Below the pieces are notes generated by a model. The model was given only the letters and a program-made list of their open reading frames with translations. It did not search any database and was not told the DNA's origin. Source: Camelus dromedarius (taxonomy: Eukaryota). Taken from it: a DNA stretch of 64,000 bases. Positions within the stretch are counted from its first letter, which is position 1. Every line of letters begins with the position of its first letter. The stretch spans positions 74,030,001 to 74,094,000 of the forward strand of contig NC_087437.1 of assembly GCF_036321535.1 (NCBI RefSeq), in the 5' to 3' direction. Below, in pieces: positions 41,420-52,600 of the stretch. Made by a program: the position numbers and the translations under genes.

Positions 41420-44400
41420 ATTCAGGAAGAAGTCAAAAATATAGGCCAAAGATATCTATGTATAAAGTCTGGGACACTCATGAAACAAACAGAATCAACA
41501 CGATATATGTTTTGAAAACTGGACCACTGTATATAACATTGCCCAGACTTTAAACTGACAAGGTGGCACACAAGTGGTACATACTAAAATAGCATTGAAA
41601 AAGCTTTGAAACCAGTTTGCTGTTTGAATCATGGGCTGCAAAATTAGTCCAGAACATGAATTATGAACCTAAACAGGTATATTCTCTGCTAAAAAGTAAA
41701 ATATAAATAAGTTATAAAAGTCTTATAACACAGTCCAAATGATCTGTCATGCCAAGATCCAAGAACACCTCAACCTCAATGAGAAAGGCAATCAATAGGT
41801 GTCACCATTGAAATGATACAGATGATTAAATGATCTGGGAAGAATTTTAAAGCAGCTATCATTAAAAAATGTTCCAACAAGAAATTACAGGCTCTTTTGA
41901 AACAGCTAACAAATAAAACATCTCAAAAACAAACAGAAGATATAAAGAACTAAACCAAAAATTTAAAGTTGCAAATAAAATAACAGAAGTTAAAAAAACA
42001 AAACTCACTAGATGGATTTAAGTTAAAAAAGGAGACAGCTGGAAATTGACAACAGATCAATAGAAATGATCTAATTTGAATATCACAACAGAACATACAT
42101 TTTAAAACAGTGAACAGAGACTTGAATTTTTGGACAATTATAAAAGATATAATATTTGTGTCACTGGAGTCTCAGAAGAAGAGAAAGAGTAGATGGCTAA
42201 AAAAATACTTGAAGAAATCAAGACCAAGAAGCTAAATCTAAATTAATATATACATTGATATATGAACATTAAATATTTTGTCTCTAAACAAAAACAGACA
42301 AAATCTTGAACGTAGTCAGAAAGATGTAATGCTGTTACTTCTAGGGAAATAACAATCTGAATGACAGCAGAGTATTTTATTAGAAACCATGGAGAACAGA
42401 AGGCAGTTGCTCAACTTTTTACAAGTGCTGAAAAAAAGAACTGACAACCTCAAATTTTGTATCTAGATAAAATATCCTTCATTAACTGGGAGCAATAATA
42501 ACAATCTCAGACCATTAAAAAACTAAAAGATTTGTCACCAGCAGTCCTGTTATAAACAAAATGCTAAATAAAGTTCTGTAGCAAGAAAGGAAATAATAAT
42601 AGAAGAAAACATGGAGCATCAGGAAAAAAGAAAAATATGAACATTAAAAGAGTAAATATAAGGTCAAGTATAATAGGCTATAATTATCCCCTTAAGGCTT
42701 TTTTTAATGAGAGAAGTATTATAACATTATCTGATGTGACTCTCAATGTATATGAAGGTAACATTAATGGTGGACGGTAAAACAACTTCTAATGTAGTAA
42801 GGTTTCTATATTCCTCTTTTACTAATAAAATGTTGATAGTAAAAGGCAGTGATTACTTATATATGTATCTTGTAATTCCTAGGGGAACCAATAAGTTAAA
42901 AAATATATAAAAATTATCCTCAAATACTGTAGGCAACTCAGAATAAAAGTAACCCATAAAAGGGAAGAAAACAAAGGAGAGAAATGAGAAAAAAAGGAAT
43001 TGGAAAATAGAGGACCAAACAGAAAACAAGTAATTCAATGTCAGATTTAAACATGTCAATAATCACATTAAATACAGATGCTCTAAAAATATCAGAGTTA
43101 AGACAGAGATTAACAAAGTAGATTTTAAAGATTTCCCTAATTTGAAATCTATAAATAAATTTTACTTCAAATACTTAGTTGGCTAAAAGTAATAAAAAAT
43201 ATACCAAGCAGGCAATAATCAAGATAATGCTGGAATGACTATATTATTTTCAGACAAAGCAGACTACAGAACAAAGAAAATTTCTAGGAGAAAAATAGGG
43301 ACATCACATAATGATAAATGGGTCATTCATCAAGAAGAAATGATGATGGGTTTCCTTCAAATATTGTTACTAAATATAAAAAGATATCTGACAGAACTAA
43401 AATAATAAATAGACAAAACCCGCCATTGTAGTTGGAGACTTAAGCACTCTTCTCCCAGTAATTGACAGAAAAGCTAGACAGAAAATCAGCAAAGATACAG
43501 AAAAATTGTGCATCACAATCAACTACTAAGATTCAATTAACATTTATAGAAAACCACACCCAGTAAGAGCACAATACAAATTCATTTCTAGCAGACATAG
43601 TACATGAGCTAAGACAGACTTTAATCAGGGCCATAAAATCTTGAGAAATTTAAGTAATTGAACTCATATAAAATACATGCTTTGTGTATAACATACTTAC
43701 ACTACAAATCAATAAGAAAATATACCTGGGAAATCTGAAATTATTTGCAAATTAAACAATATACTTCCATATAATTTACGGAAATAATCAGAAGTCTCAA
43801 GAGAAATTTTAAGACATTTTGAACTGAATGAAATGAAAATGCAACACATGAAAAAGTATGTTACGTAGCCAAAGCTGTGCCTATCAGAAAATCTGTGGCA
43901 TCACATACTTAATAATTTTTTTCAAAAGGTAAAATTCAAATTAATAAACAAGTTTACTTTAAGAAATCTGAGAGCATTGACACAACATTGTAAAATGATT
44001 ATAAATCAATAAAAATGTTAAAAAAAAGAAATCTGAGAGCAAATGAAAACCAAAGTAAACAGAAGAGAGGAAATATTAAAAGGAATAAATCAATTAAATT
44101 GGAAAAAAAGAAAAACAACAGAAAAATCAAGTTCTCTGAAGAAATTGATAAAATTGATAAATACTGGAGTGAGACTAACAAAGATAAAATAAAAATAAAA
44201 AATACAAATTATCAGTATCATGAATAAAAGAGGTCATTACAGAGTCTAGAAATAGTAAAAAGATAATAAAAACACTTTGAAAAGTGTATGGCCATACCTT
44301 CAACAATTTAAATTAAATGGCCTAATTCCTTGAAAGACAAAAAGAACCAAGACACTTAAGAGGAAATTGATTACTTGTATTATTATATATCTATTAAAAT

Positions 44401-45135
44401 TTTTAAAATTTTAGTTAATATCCTTCCAATACAGAAAATACAACTCCTGTTTGGTTTCCCAGGTGAATTGTAACACATTAAAAAATGAATACAAATTTTA
44501 TATAAGCTGCTACAGAAAATAGAGGAAATAGACAATACTTCCTGACTGAATATATGAAGTCCAAATTACTCTGATATCTAAAGACAGGCTTTAAAAGAAA
44601 TGAAAACTGCAACCTAGTATCTCTCATGAACATAGACACAAGTTACTCAATAAATTATAAGCATACAGAACCCAGTTGTGTGTAAAAGAATAATACATTA
44701 TGAGTAATTGGGGCTTATCCTGGTAATGCAAGGATGGTTTAACATTCATGTATCAATCAATGTAATTCAGAATATAGACAAACTAAAAATCATTTGACAA
44801 AATTCAACATGCATTTATAACATCTCTGAGTAAACCAGAATAAATGAACACTTTCTTAATGTGATGGAGAAAATTTTTTTAAAAAGTCCAACAAATAACA
44901 TCATACATAAAGATGAAAGACTGAATTATTTCTCCCTAGAACTGGCAAAGGATGTATGCTCTAACCACTCCTATTCAACTTTCTAGCCAGACAATAAGAC
45001 ACATACAACAAAAGGCATATGAATAATTAAAAATCAAAAAAATTTTAAGTACCTTTTATAATAACATCAAAAAACATTAAACACTACAGGCACAAGATTA
45101 ATAAACATGAAGTGTATATATGCTTAAAACTGAAA
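41420..45135 (+). mobile_element. Old L1 (decayed ORF1 and 5' part of ORF2)
   Basis: ORF1 motifs (aattttaaagcagctatc, ggagtctcagaagaagag, tagaaaccatggag); endonuclease motifs (gttggagactttaagcactc, agacagaaaatcagcaaagat); RT-region motif atgcaaggatggtttaacatt; many stops and frameshifts. Confidence 0.9.
43977..44025 (+). mobile_element. 49-bp young L1 3' tail with a perfect 16-bp TSD
   Basis: aagaaatctgagagca at 43961-43976 and 44026-44041; the insert ttgacacaacattgtaaaatgattataaatcaataaaaatgttaaaaaa matches the 3' end of the 60.3-kb L1. Confidence 0.95.
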
Positions 45136-45725
45136 AACACAGTTCTGGTTTGGCTCTAACATGTAAGGAGCTTGGAAGTATCACTCCATTCCTTACAACT
45201 GGAAAGGAGCTAAACAAACTGAAAATCAACAACTTTTCTTAGATCGTTCAGAGAATTGAGGTTACATGACAAACTGCTACTCTGAAATCTGGAAAGACAG
45301 GTAAATACAGAGAAACATAGCTGAGATCTGTGTGGAGCAGATGCTTCTAGAGCCATAACTGACAGGAACACTTAAATAATAATAGAGACAAAATTCTGGA
45401 GATTGAGTGTGGAAAAAAATGAGGATGAAAATCTCTTAGGGGTCACAGCCTGACAGTGACCCTACACTCTAATGTGTTTTACCTCCAAGAAACTCACCAA
45501 ACTCTCTAGCTACAGAGCGAAGAAAAATACCCTCATGGCTCTCCCAGAAGGAGGAGAAAAGTAACAAATTTTCTCTTTTTTTCCCTTTTCTTCAATATAA
45601 GCTTTACATATTTAATGTTTATGACTTGATAATTTAGAGATAAGGACATACGCATGAAGCCATTACCACATTCTATGCCATAACCATATCCAAGACCTTC
45701 AAAAGTTCTTTCTGCCCCCTTTTAA

Positions 45726-45726
<1 letters not shown>

Positions 45727-45755
<29 letters not shown>
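45727..45755. repeat. (TAA)n microsatellite
   Basis: Read directly from the sequence. Confidence 0.9.
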
Positions 45756-45756
<1 letters not shown>

Positions 45757-46431
45757 TATTATTAGAACAATAACATGAGATCTCACCTCTTAGAAACATT
45801 TTAAGTATACAATGCAGTATTGTTAACTATGGACTCTATGCTGTATACTAAATTTCTAGTATTCATTCATCTTACAGTTAAAACTTTGACAAACCCCTCC
45901 CCATTTCCCACTCCTCCCTCACCTCTGGAAACCACCATTCAACTCAATAGGAAAAGAACAAATAATCTGATTTAAAAATAGGCAAAAGAACTGACTAGAC
46001 ATTTCTCTAAGGAAGACATACAAAAGTGTCAATAGGTATATGAAAAGGTGTTCAAAAACACTAACCACCAGGGAAGTGCAGATTAAAATCATAATGAGAT
46101 ATTACCTTATGCAAGTTAAGATGGTTATTGCCAAAAAAAAAAAAAAGCTAACAAAGTGAGGATATGGAAAAAAGAGAACTCTTGTTCATGTTGGTAGGAA
46201 TGTAAATTGGTGCAGCCACTATGAAACAGTACAGAGGTTCCTTAAAAACTCAAAAATATAACTACTCTATGACTCAGCAATCCTACTTTGGGTATATATT
46301 CAAAGGAACTGAAATCAGAATCTTGAAGAGATATCTATGTCCCCATTGAAGCATTAGTCACAGAAGCCAAAACATGGAAGCAACCTAAATGTCCATTGAT
46401 GGATGATGGATGAATGGATAAAGAATATGTG

Positions 46432-46498
46432 GTGTGTTTGTGTGTGTGTGTCTGTGTGTGTGTGTGTGTGTGTGTATAGAGAGAGAGAGAGAGAGAGA
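46432..46498. repeat. Compound (TG)n(AG)n microsatellite
   Basis: Read directly from the sequence. Confidence 0.95.
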
Positions 46499-47430
46499 AT
46501 GGAATATTAGCCTTAAAAAGATCTTTCCATTTGTGACAATATTGTTGAATCTGGAGGACATAAATGCTAAGTGAAATAAGCCAGACACAGAAGGATAATA
46601 CTACATGATACCACCTATATGAAAAATAAAAAATAACCGATTTTAAAATATGCCCCCAAGTGTTCTTCATAACACATGCCTACCCACCAGGGGAAAAGAC
46701 TCTACCAGAAAGGGAGTTTTGTACAACTTTAGTCCTTTCCAGTCTTCCTGTCTCACTGCTGGGTAGAGTTAAGAAACTATTGTCAAAGACACAGCCCAGG
46801 GACACAGGCACTAAAAGAGATTTAATCATGAGATTATAGAACACTTCCCCTTTCTATATCTTACCATCACATAAAGCATAACAATAATAGCTTATAGCTG
46901 AAAAAAATTGTAAGACAGACTCTGTTTAAGGGGGAGTTCTTAGGGTAGTCAAAAGACAACAGGGGGAGGGGAATAAAAGCATACTGGAGAAATTTGAAGG
47001 TGGCACAAATTGAAGCTAGAACAAAACTGGCACCTAAAGTTACAGCAAGCACTAAACACAGCCCATCTCCTATCCAGATTGCTACAAACTTCACATTAAA
47101 GGCCTTGTACCTCAGTTCCTATTATCTAATGCATCATGCCTGGCTTTCAACCAAAAATTACAAGCCATGCTAAGAGGCAAAAACAAACAATAAAGAAACA
47201 GCAACACTCTACAGCCTAAAAAGAAAAAGTAAGCATCAGAACCACAGTAAGATATGATATATATTGAAATTATCACATAACAGAGAATTTTAAATAACTA
47301 TGATTAAAATGTTAAAGAGCTCTGACAGAAACAGCAGACAACATGGAAGAATGAATTAGTAATGTAAGCAGAGAGGTTCATATTCTAAGAAAGAATCAAA
47401 AGGAAATGCTAGAAATTAAGAACATTGTAA

Positions 47431-47548
47431 GGGACAAGGGTATATATAGCTCAAGTGATAGAGTACATGCTTAACATGCACGAGGTCCTGGGTTCAATAT
47501 CCAGTACCTCTATTAAAAAAAAAAGAAACAACAGAGATTGTAAAAGAA
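47431..47548 (+). mobile_element. tRNA-Ala-derived SINE (camelid vic-1-like)
   Basis: tagctcaagtgatagagtacatgcttaacatgcacgaggtcctgggttcaatatccagtacctc with A/B boxes and an A tail; 13-bp TSD aagaacattgtaa at 47418-47430 and 47549-47561. Confidence 0.9.
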
Positions 47549-47952
47549 AAGAACATTGTAAAAGAAATGAAGTATGTCTTTGATGGACTCATCAGTAGAT
47601 TGGGCACAGTCAAGGAAAGAATCAGTTTGCTTAAAGACATGTCAATTGAAATTTCCCAGACTAAAGTAAAAAGAAAAGGAAACAATTTTTTCTAAATGGA
47701 CCAGCCCATCTGTGAACTGTGGAACAATTTCAAGAGGCATATTGCATGTGTAATTGGAATACCAGAAGGAGAATAAAGATTGAATGAATCACAAGAAATA
47801 GTTGAGTAAAATAATGGCCAAAATTTTTCCAAAATTAATGACACACACAAAACCACAGATCCAGGAAGCTCACTGAACACTAAGTGGGATTAAAAAAAAA
47901 CACGTAGGTATATAATATTCAAATGGCAGAAAATTAAAGACAAAGAGAAAAA

Positions 47953-49344
47953 AATAATTTAGCAAATTAATTTTTATTATGGATATTGTTATAGCAGAAT
48001 ATAAAAATTAAATGATAAAAGTTTCTTTTAAGAGTACAATTAAACTTCATCTTAAAAAAGTTCATCTGTTTTTTTAAGAACTATACATACTCAGGTAAAG
48101 AAAGGCTCTTTGACTTAAACTTATGACTTCAGAATTAAACTCTAGAAATAAATTCTATGGCTATCTCAAAGTTTATATTGACAAACTTCATACATTTTTC
48201 AAATTATAATGCAATATTTGGACACAGAATAAAAATAACTTACATTGCTGATATATAATAGTTACCAAACTGTCTTGAGAAATGAGGCTTAATATAGATT
48301 CAAACTAAGTAGAGGATCAGTCTCAATTACAACATTTCTTTCACAACTAATAAGAGATAATCCAAACATTTGCTGAATATAAAAAAAAGTCCCATGCTTC
48401 GTGGTGTGTTCCGGGACCCAATATATTTTAGATGAGAGATGTTGACCATGAAGGAGTTCACTGCGGTGCTCACTTGTAAAGTTGGAGGAACTCTGGTCCA
48501 AAGGAGGGGATTGCCCTCCATCCACTGGCCTCAGTGCAGCTCAGGTGGAGATCTGACTGAGTGAGTGAATGCGGCCTGGCAGTTTGGGAAGCCTGAGACG
48601 GGAGGGACCAGCACAACTTTAATACGAGGGCCCACTCCTGGGAAAGGGACCGTCAGGACTTGGTGCTTGGCCCGCTGGCTGGTTTGTAAAAGCCCCTTGT
48701 GATGTGCTGATTCTCATGACTTCCTCCTGGAACTTGAGCACTTTTAGCATCTGTAAGTGTCAGCGAGGCTGGGTATATTTACTGGCTCCTTCTCTAGCCT
48801 GGCCTTCTTTAAAGTTGTCTCCATCTTGGCACACTCCTTTTTAGCCATACAAAGCTTGTCGATGACGTGGCATTTCTTCTCAACCTTTGCAGCCGGCCAG
48901 TGTTTTTGCCAGTTGCTTTTCATGTCTTCCATTAAGTTGACTTCTAACAGACTGCTTAAGTCTGAAAGTAAATAAAACACCCAGCAATAAGGTGAGGGCA
49001 GGCAGACTCAACGCTGTCTCCCAGTGGGGGCTCTGGAACATGAACTGAGAACACAGGCCATTGGACAGCAGCAAAACCAGGACCACACTCAGCTTCCTAA
49101 GGATCAGGCCAAAGCCAGGCTCCACAGAGGATGGCAGTCCCTCCATGGCATTGACCACCACAGGGCTCTGCCCAGTTACCGTGGAGCCACCAGCCACAAC
49201 AAGCCCCAGGAGACACCCCAACATTCTACCTGGAACCCAACCGGCAACTGACATCCTGGATTGCTCAGTTATCTGGTCAGTGTTGGTGGGGAGGGGGGGT
49301 TTGTTAGAGGAGAGGGTTGTAACTAAAATGTCATTTTCTCCATT
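47953..49344 (-). pseudogene. Processed pseudogene of a diverged cTAGE5/MIA2-family gene; CDS remnant 49146->48744 with a frameshift near 48894
   Basis: gccATGg at 49146. MEGLPSSVEPGFGLILRKL...PHWETALSLPALTLLLGVLFTFRLKQSVRSQLNGRHEKQLAKTL/AAKVEKKCHVIDKL...METTLKKARLEKE aligns by eye with the recalled cTAGE5 N-terminus (MEEPGATPQPYLGLLLEEL...PWELVI...RSVRSRLYVGREKKLALMLSGLIEEKSKLLEKF...ESSLKDASFEKE). Intronless; AATAAA on minus at 47978-47973; 20-bp TSD with one mismatch (47933-47952, 49345-49364). Confidence 0.85.
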
Positions 49345-49531
49345 ATTAAAGACAAAGGGAAAAATGAAAGAGGCCAACACAAGAACAAGTGTAAGATTTA
49401 CAGCAGCCTTCTCAGAAACCATGCAAGCAAGAAGAGAGTGGAGTAAAATATTCAAAATATCAAAAGAAAGTAAACAAACTTGGAATTCCATATCCAGTGA
49501 AATTATCTTCCAAAAATGAAAGAGAAATAAA

Positions 49532-49644
49532 AAGAATATGAAAATGAATACATGTATGTATAGTTACGACTGAAACATTATTCTGTACATCAGAAATTGA
49601 CATGACATTGTAAACTGACTATACTTTAATAAAAAAAGAATGCC
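49532..49644 (+). mobile_element. Young L1 3' terminal fragment with a 19-bp TSD
   Basis: gaatatgaaaatgaatacatgtatg...cattgtaaactgactatactttaataaaaaaa; aaaatgaa(a/g)gagaaataaa at 49513-49531 and 49645-49663. Confidence 0.85.
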
Positions 49645-52600
49645 AAAATGAAGGAGAAATAAAGACTTTCTCAGAAAAGTAAAACCAGAGTTCATCAGGA
49701 GCACATCTGTCCCACCAGATATGATAAAGAGTTCTTAAGGGAGAAGGAAAATGACACAGGACATGAATTCAGGAATACGTAAGTAAAGGAAGAGCACAGG
49801 AAAAACAAACAAGTAAATAAAGGTAAAATAAAATCTGGGTTTTTTATTGTTAATTTATCTAAAAGACAACTTTTGTTTGAAGTATTGGGTGGTACAGCAT
49901 ATGGATAAATGAAATGAAAGACGTCTGTATTATAAGGGATGTAAGGAAGGAACTGGGAGTACGGTTATGAAGTATCTGCACTACACGTGAAGTGATAACA
50001 GAGTTATCAGAAGATGGATTTAGATTAGTTTAAAATGTGTATTGCAAAGACTAGAGAAATCACTAAAAAGACTGAAACAGAAGTACAATTTATGTGCTAA
50101 GAAAAGAAATAAAATAGAACTGTAAAAAATGCTCTATTAAAACCGAAAAGGCAGGGGGAAAAAAGCAAAGAAAGTGCAACAAACAGAAAACAATTTCAAA
50201 CTTGGTGGGAATTAATCCAACTAACACTCTGACTGTCAGCAGTATAAATATACCAATTGAAATACAAAACTTATGAGAGTGGATAAATTTAAAAAAAAGT
50301 TCTAACTGTATACAACTATATGTTATCTACAAGAAATCTATTTTAATATAAATGGATTCCAATAGGTTAAAAGTAAAGGAACTGGGGAAGATATACTATG
50401 ATAACACTAGGCAAAGGAAAGTATAGAATAGCTATATTAATTTCACACAAAGCCAAGGAAAGTTAAGAACAAGGAAAATCATCAGGGATAGAGAAACATT
50501 ACATATTGATAAAGGTATCAGGTCTCAGTAAGACAATGATCCTTAATATGTATACACCTAACAAAAGATAATTAGAATGTATGGTAACAAAATTTGCTAG
50601 AATTGAAAAGATAAGTCAACAAATATATGATTATAGTTAATGGCTTCAAGGCTCCTCTTTTAGTGACTGATAGACCAAGCAGGCAGATAATCAGTAAGAA
50701 TAAAGTTGCCCTGAAGAGCACTCTCAGTCAACTCAATCTAGTTATGATGATACCTATGATGTATTTCATGTAGCGACAGCAATGTATCCTTCACAGACTC
50801 ATGTGGAAATTCAGTAAACCACATTGTAGGTCATAAAACACATCTCAACAAATTTGAAAGAATAGAAATCACACAAAATACACTCTCAGATCACAACGGA
50901 ATTAAATCAAAATTAAATACTAGCTATCAGCAACAGAAAGTTGGAAAATTCCTAAATTTGGAGATAAAATAACACACTTTTACATGATACTAGGTCAAAA
51001 AAGTCTCAAAATAAATTTAACAAACTTTGTACTAAATAAAAATTTAAATACAGTTTATCAAAATTTATGAGAGCAGTGAATGCACATTGTGCTTAAAGGG
51101 AAATTTATATTAAATGCATATATGAGAAAAGAAAACTCTGAATCAATAATCTCAGCTTACACCTATGGAAACTAGATAAAGAAGAACAATTTAGGTCTAA
51201 AGCAAGCATAAAAAATAATAAAAATCAGAGCAGAAAACAATGAAATTGAAAGCAGGAAATCAATAGAGAAAATCAATAAAACTTAACCTAGTTATTTGAA
51301 AAGAATTGATAAATTGGTTATCTGAAATAAAATTAATAAAACTGCAGCCAAGCTGAATAATAAAAAAGAGAGAAGACACAAATTAAGAGTATTATAAATG
51401 AAAAAGAGGGTCATCACTATGGGTCCTGTAGACATTAAAGGGTAATAAAGGAATACTGTAAAAAAACAAAACAAAACTGTATTCCCATAAATACTATAAC
51501 CTAGATGAAAAGGATCAATTCCTTAAAAGACACAAACTACCAAAACTCACATAAGGAAAAACAGGTTATCTGCATAGGCCAATACCTATTAAATACATTG
51601 AATTAATAATTAGTAACATTCCATAATGATAGAGCATAGGCCCATATACTTTTACTGGAAAATTCTACCAAACTTTTAAGAAAGGAAATGATACCAATTC
51701 TTCAGATTAAAATGTTTACTACTTGTTCCTTATGAGGATTATATTACAGAAAGTGCCTACAACCCAGTGACTGCTACAATGCACAATTACAGTTAGCAAA
51801 TATTTTCATTTTTTACTTTAGTAATTTGGAAATAACTCAGAAGGCATTTACAGAGTTAATATTCAATTTACATTTAACAAATTCGAAGGAAGGTGTACCT
51901 GATTTATTCTTTGTCTTGTAATAGAAATATAGAAATTTTCAGAAAATACACCAGTGTACAAAACATAACATCCAAATGATTTTAAAGCAATAAAGTGGTC
52001 AGGGAATATACTATGTTTATTTAACTTAACAGAGCAAAAGTTAAAATACACTGATTTCAGTTTTCTACAGAAGGTAGATTCCAATTTTTAAAATATATGT
52101 GAATTGTAAGTGCTTTGTCTTCATAGGTAGTTTAATATATTAATTACATCTAAATTTGGAGGTTATTTGTGTCTTGCATGTTTGGTTCAGTGGTGGCCAA
52201 TTTAGTATATTTAGGATGTAAAAATATTTGTCACATTATCCATGAAAGATTACAATTTCAACTTTAATTTTTCAAAGATTCAGAGGGCCTTTGATGTATT
52301 TCTTGCTAGAGATTACTTCGAGTTAATTAGTTTAGGCCAGCTTGGGCAAACAGAGTTTTGAAGTCTCTCTGGATACATGAGTTGGTGCATTATTTTCTCA
52401 GAGTGTAGAAAGTAGTTTTACATCAGTTTCGATGCTTCCTCTGGTGACTGTAAGTCAGATTTGATTTATATAGTGCAGTAATATTGAGAATACATTTTTA
52501 GAAAACATGTATTATCCTTTTACACATGTATTCTACTAGCCCAGTATATACTAGCATTAACAACCTGAATGTTTGACAGGAATTATAAACATACAATCAC

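Larger units (their letters stand above)
45574..46626 (-). mobile_element. 5'-inverted L1 (L1MA-like): 3' UTR minus ~45574-45941, ORF2 end plus ~45942-46626
   Basis: T-rich tail; reverse 3' UTR (tttaagtatacaatgcagtattgttaactat...ctctggaaaccaccattc); then forward ORF2 (agacatttctctaaggaagacataca...gtgaaataagccagacacagaagga); degenerate TSD aaaagtaacaaatttt / aaaaataaccgatttt. Confidence 0.8.
45140..51700 (+). mobile_element. Old L1 (5' region, ORF1, ORF2 endonuclease region) interrupted by four later insertions
   Basis: 5' region aaacaaactgaaaatcaacaacttttcttagatc; ORF1 ggaataccagaaggaga, ccacagatccaggaagctca, ttctcagaaaccatgcaagcaagaagagagtggag; ORF2 tgttatctacaagaaa, ctctcagatcacaacggaattaaa. 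Confidence 0.9.

Noticed and set aside
47431..47511. Functional tRNA gene
   Set aside because: A-tail, TSD, disrupted acceptor-stem region and insertion inside an L1 indicate a SINE.
48880..49491. 203-aa ORF as a real protein
   Set aside because: It starts in antisense L1 ORF1 sequence, crosses the TSD and the retrocopy 5' UTR, and ends just after the frameshift; only the part from 49146 is cTAGE-like.
49061..49519. 152-aa plus-strand ORF
   Set aside because: Antisense of the retrocopy fused by chance to an L1 ORF1 remnant (FSETMQARREWSKIFK).
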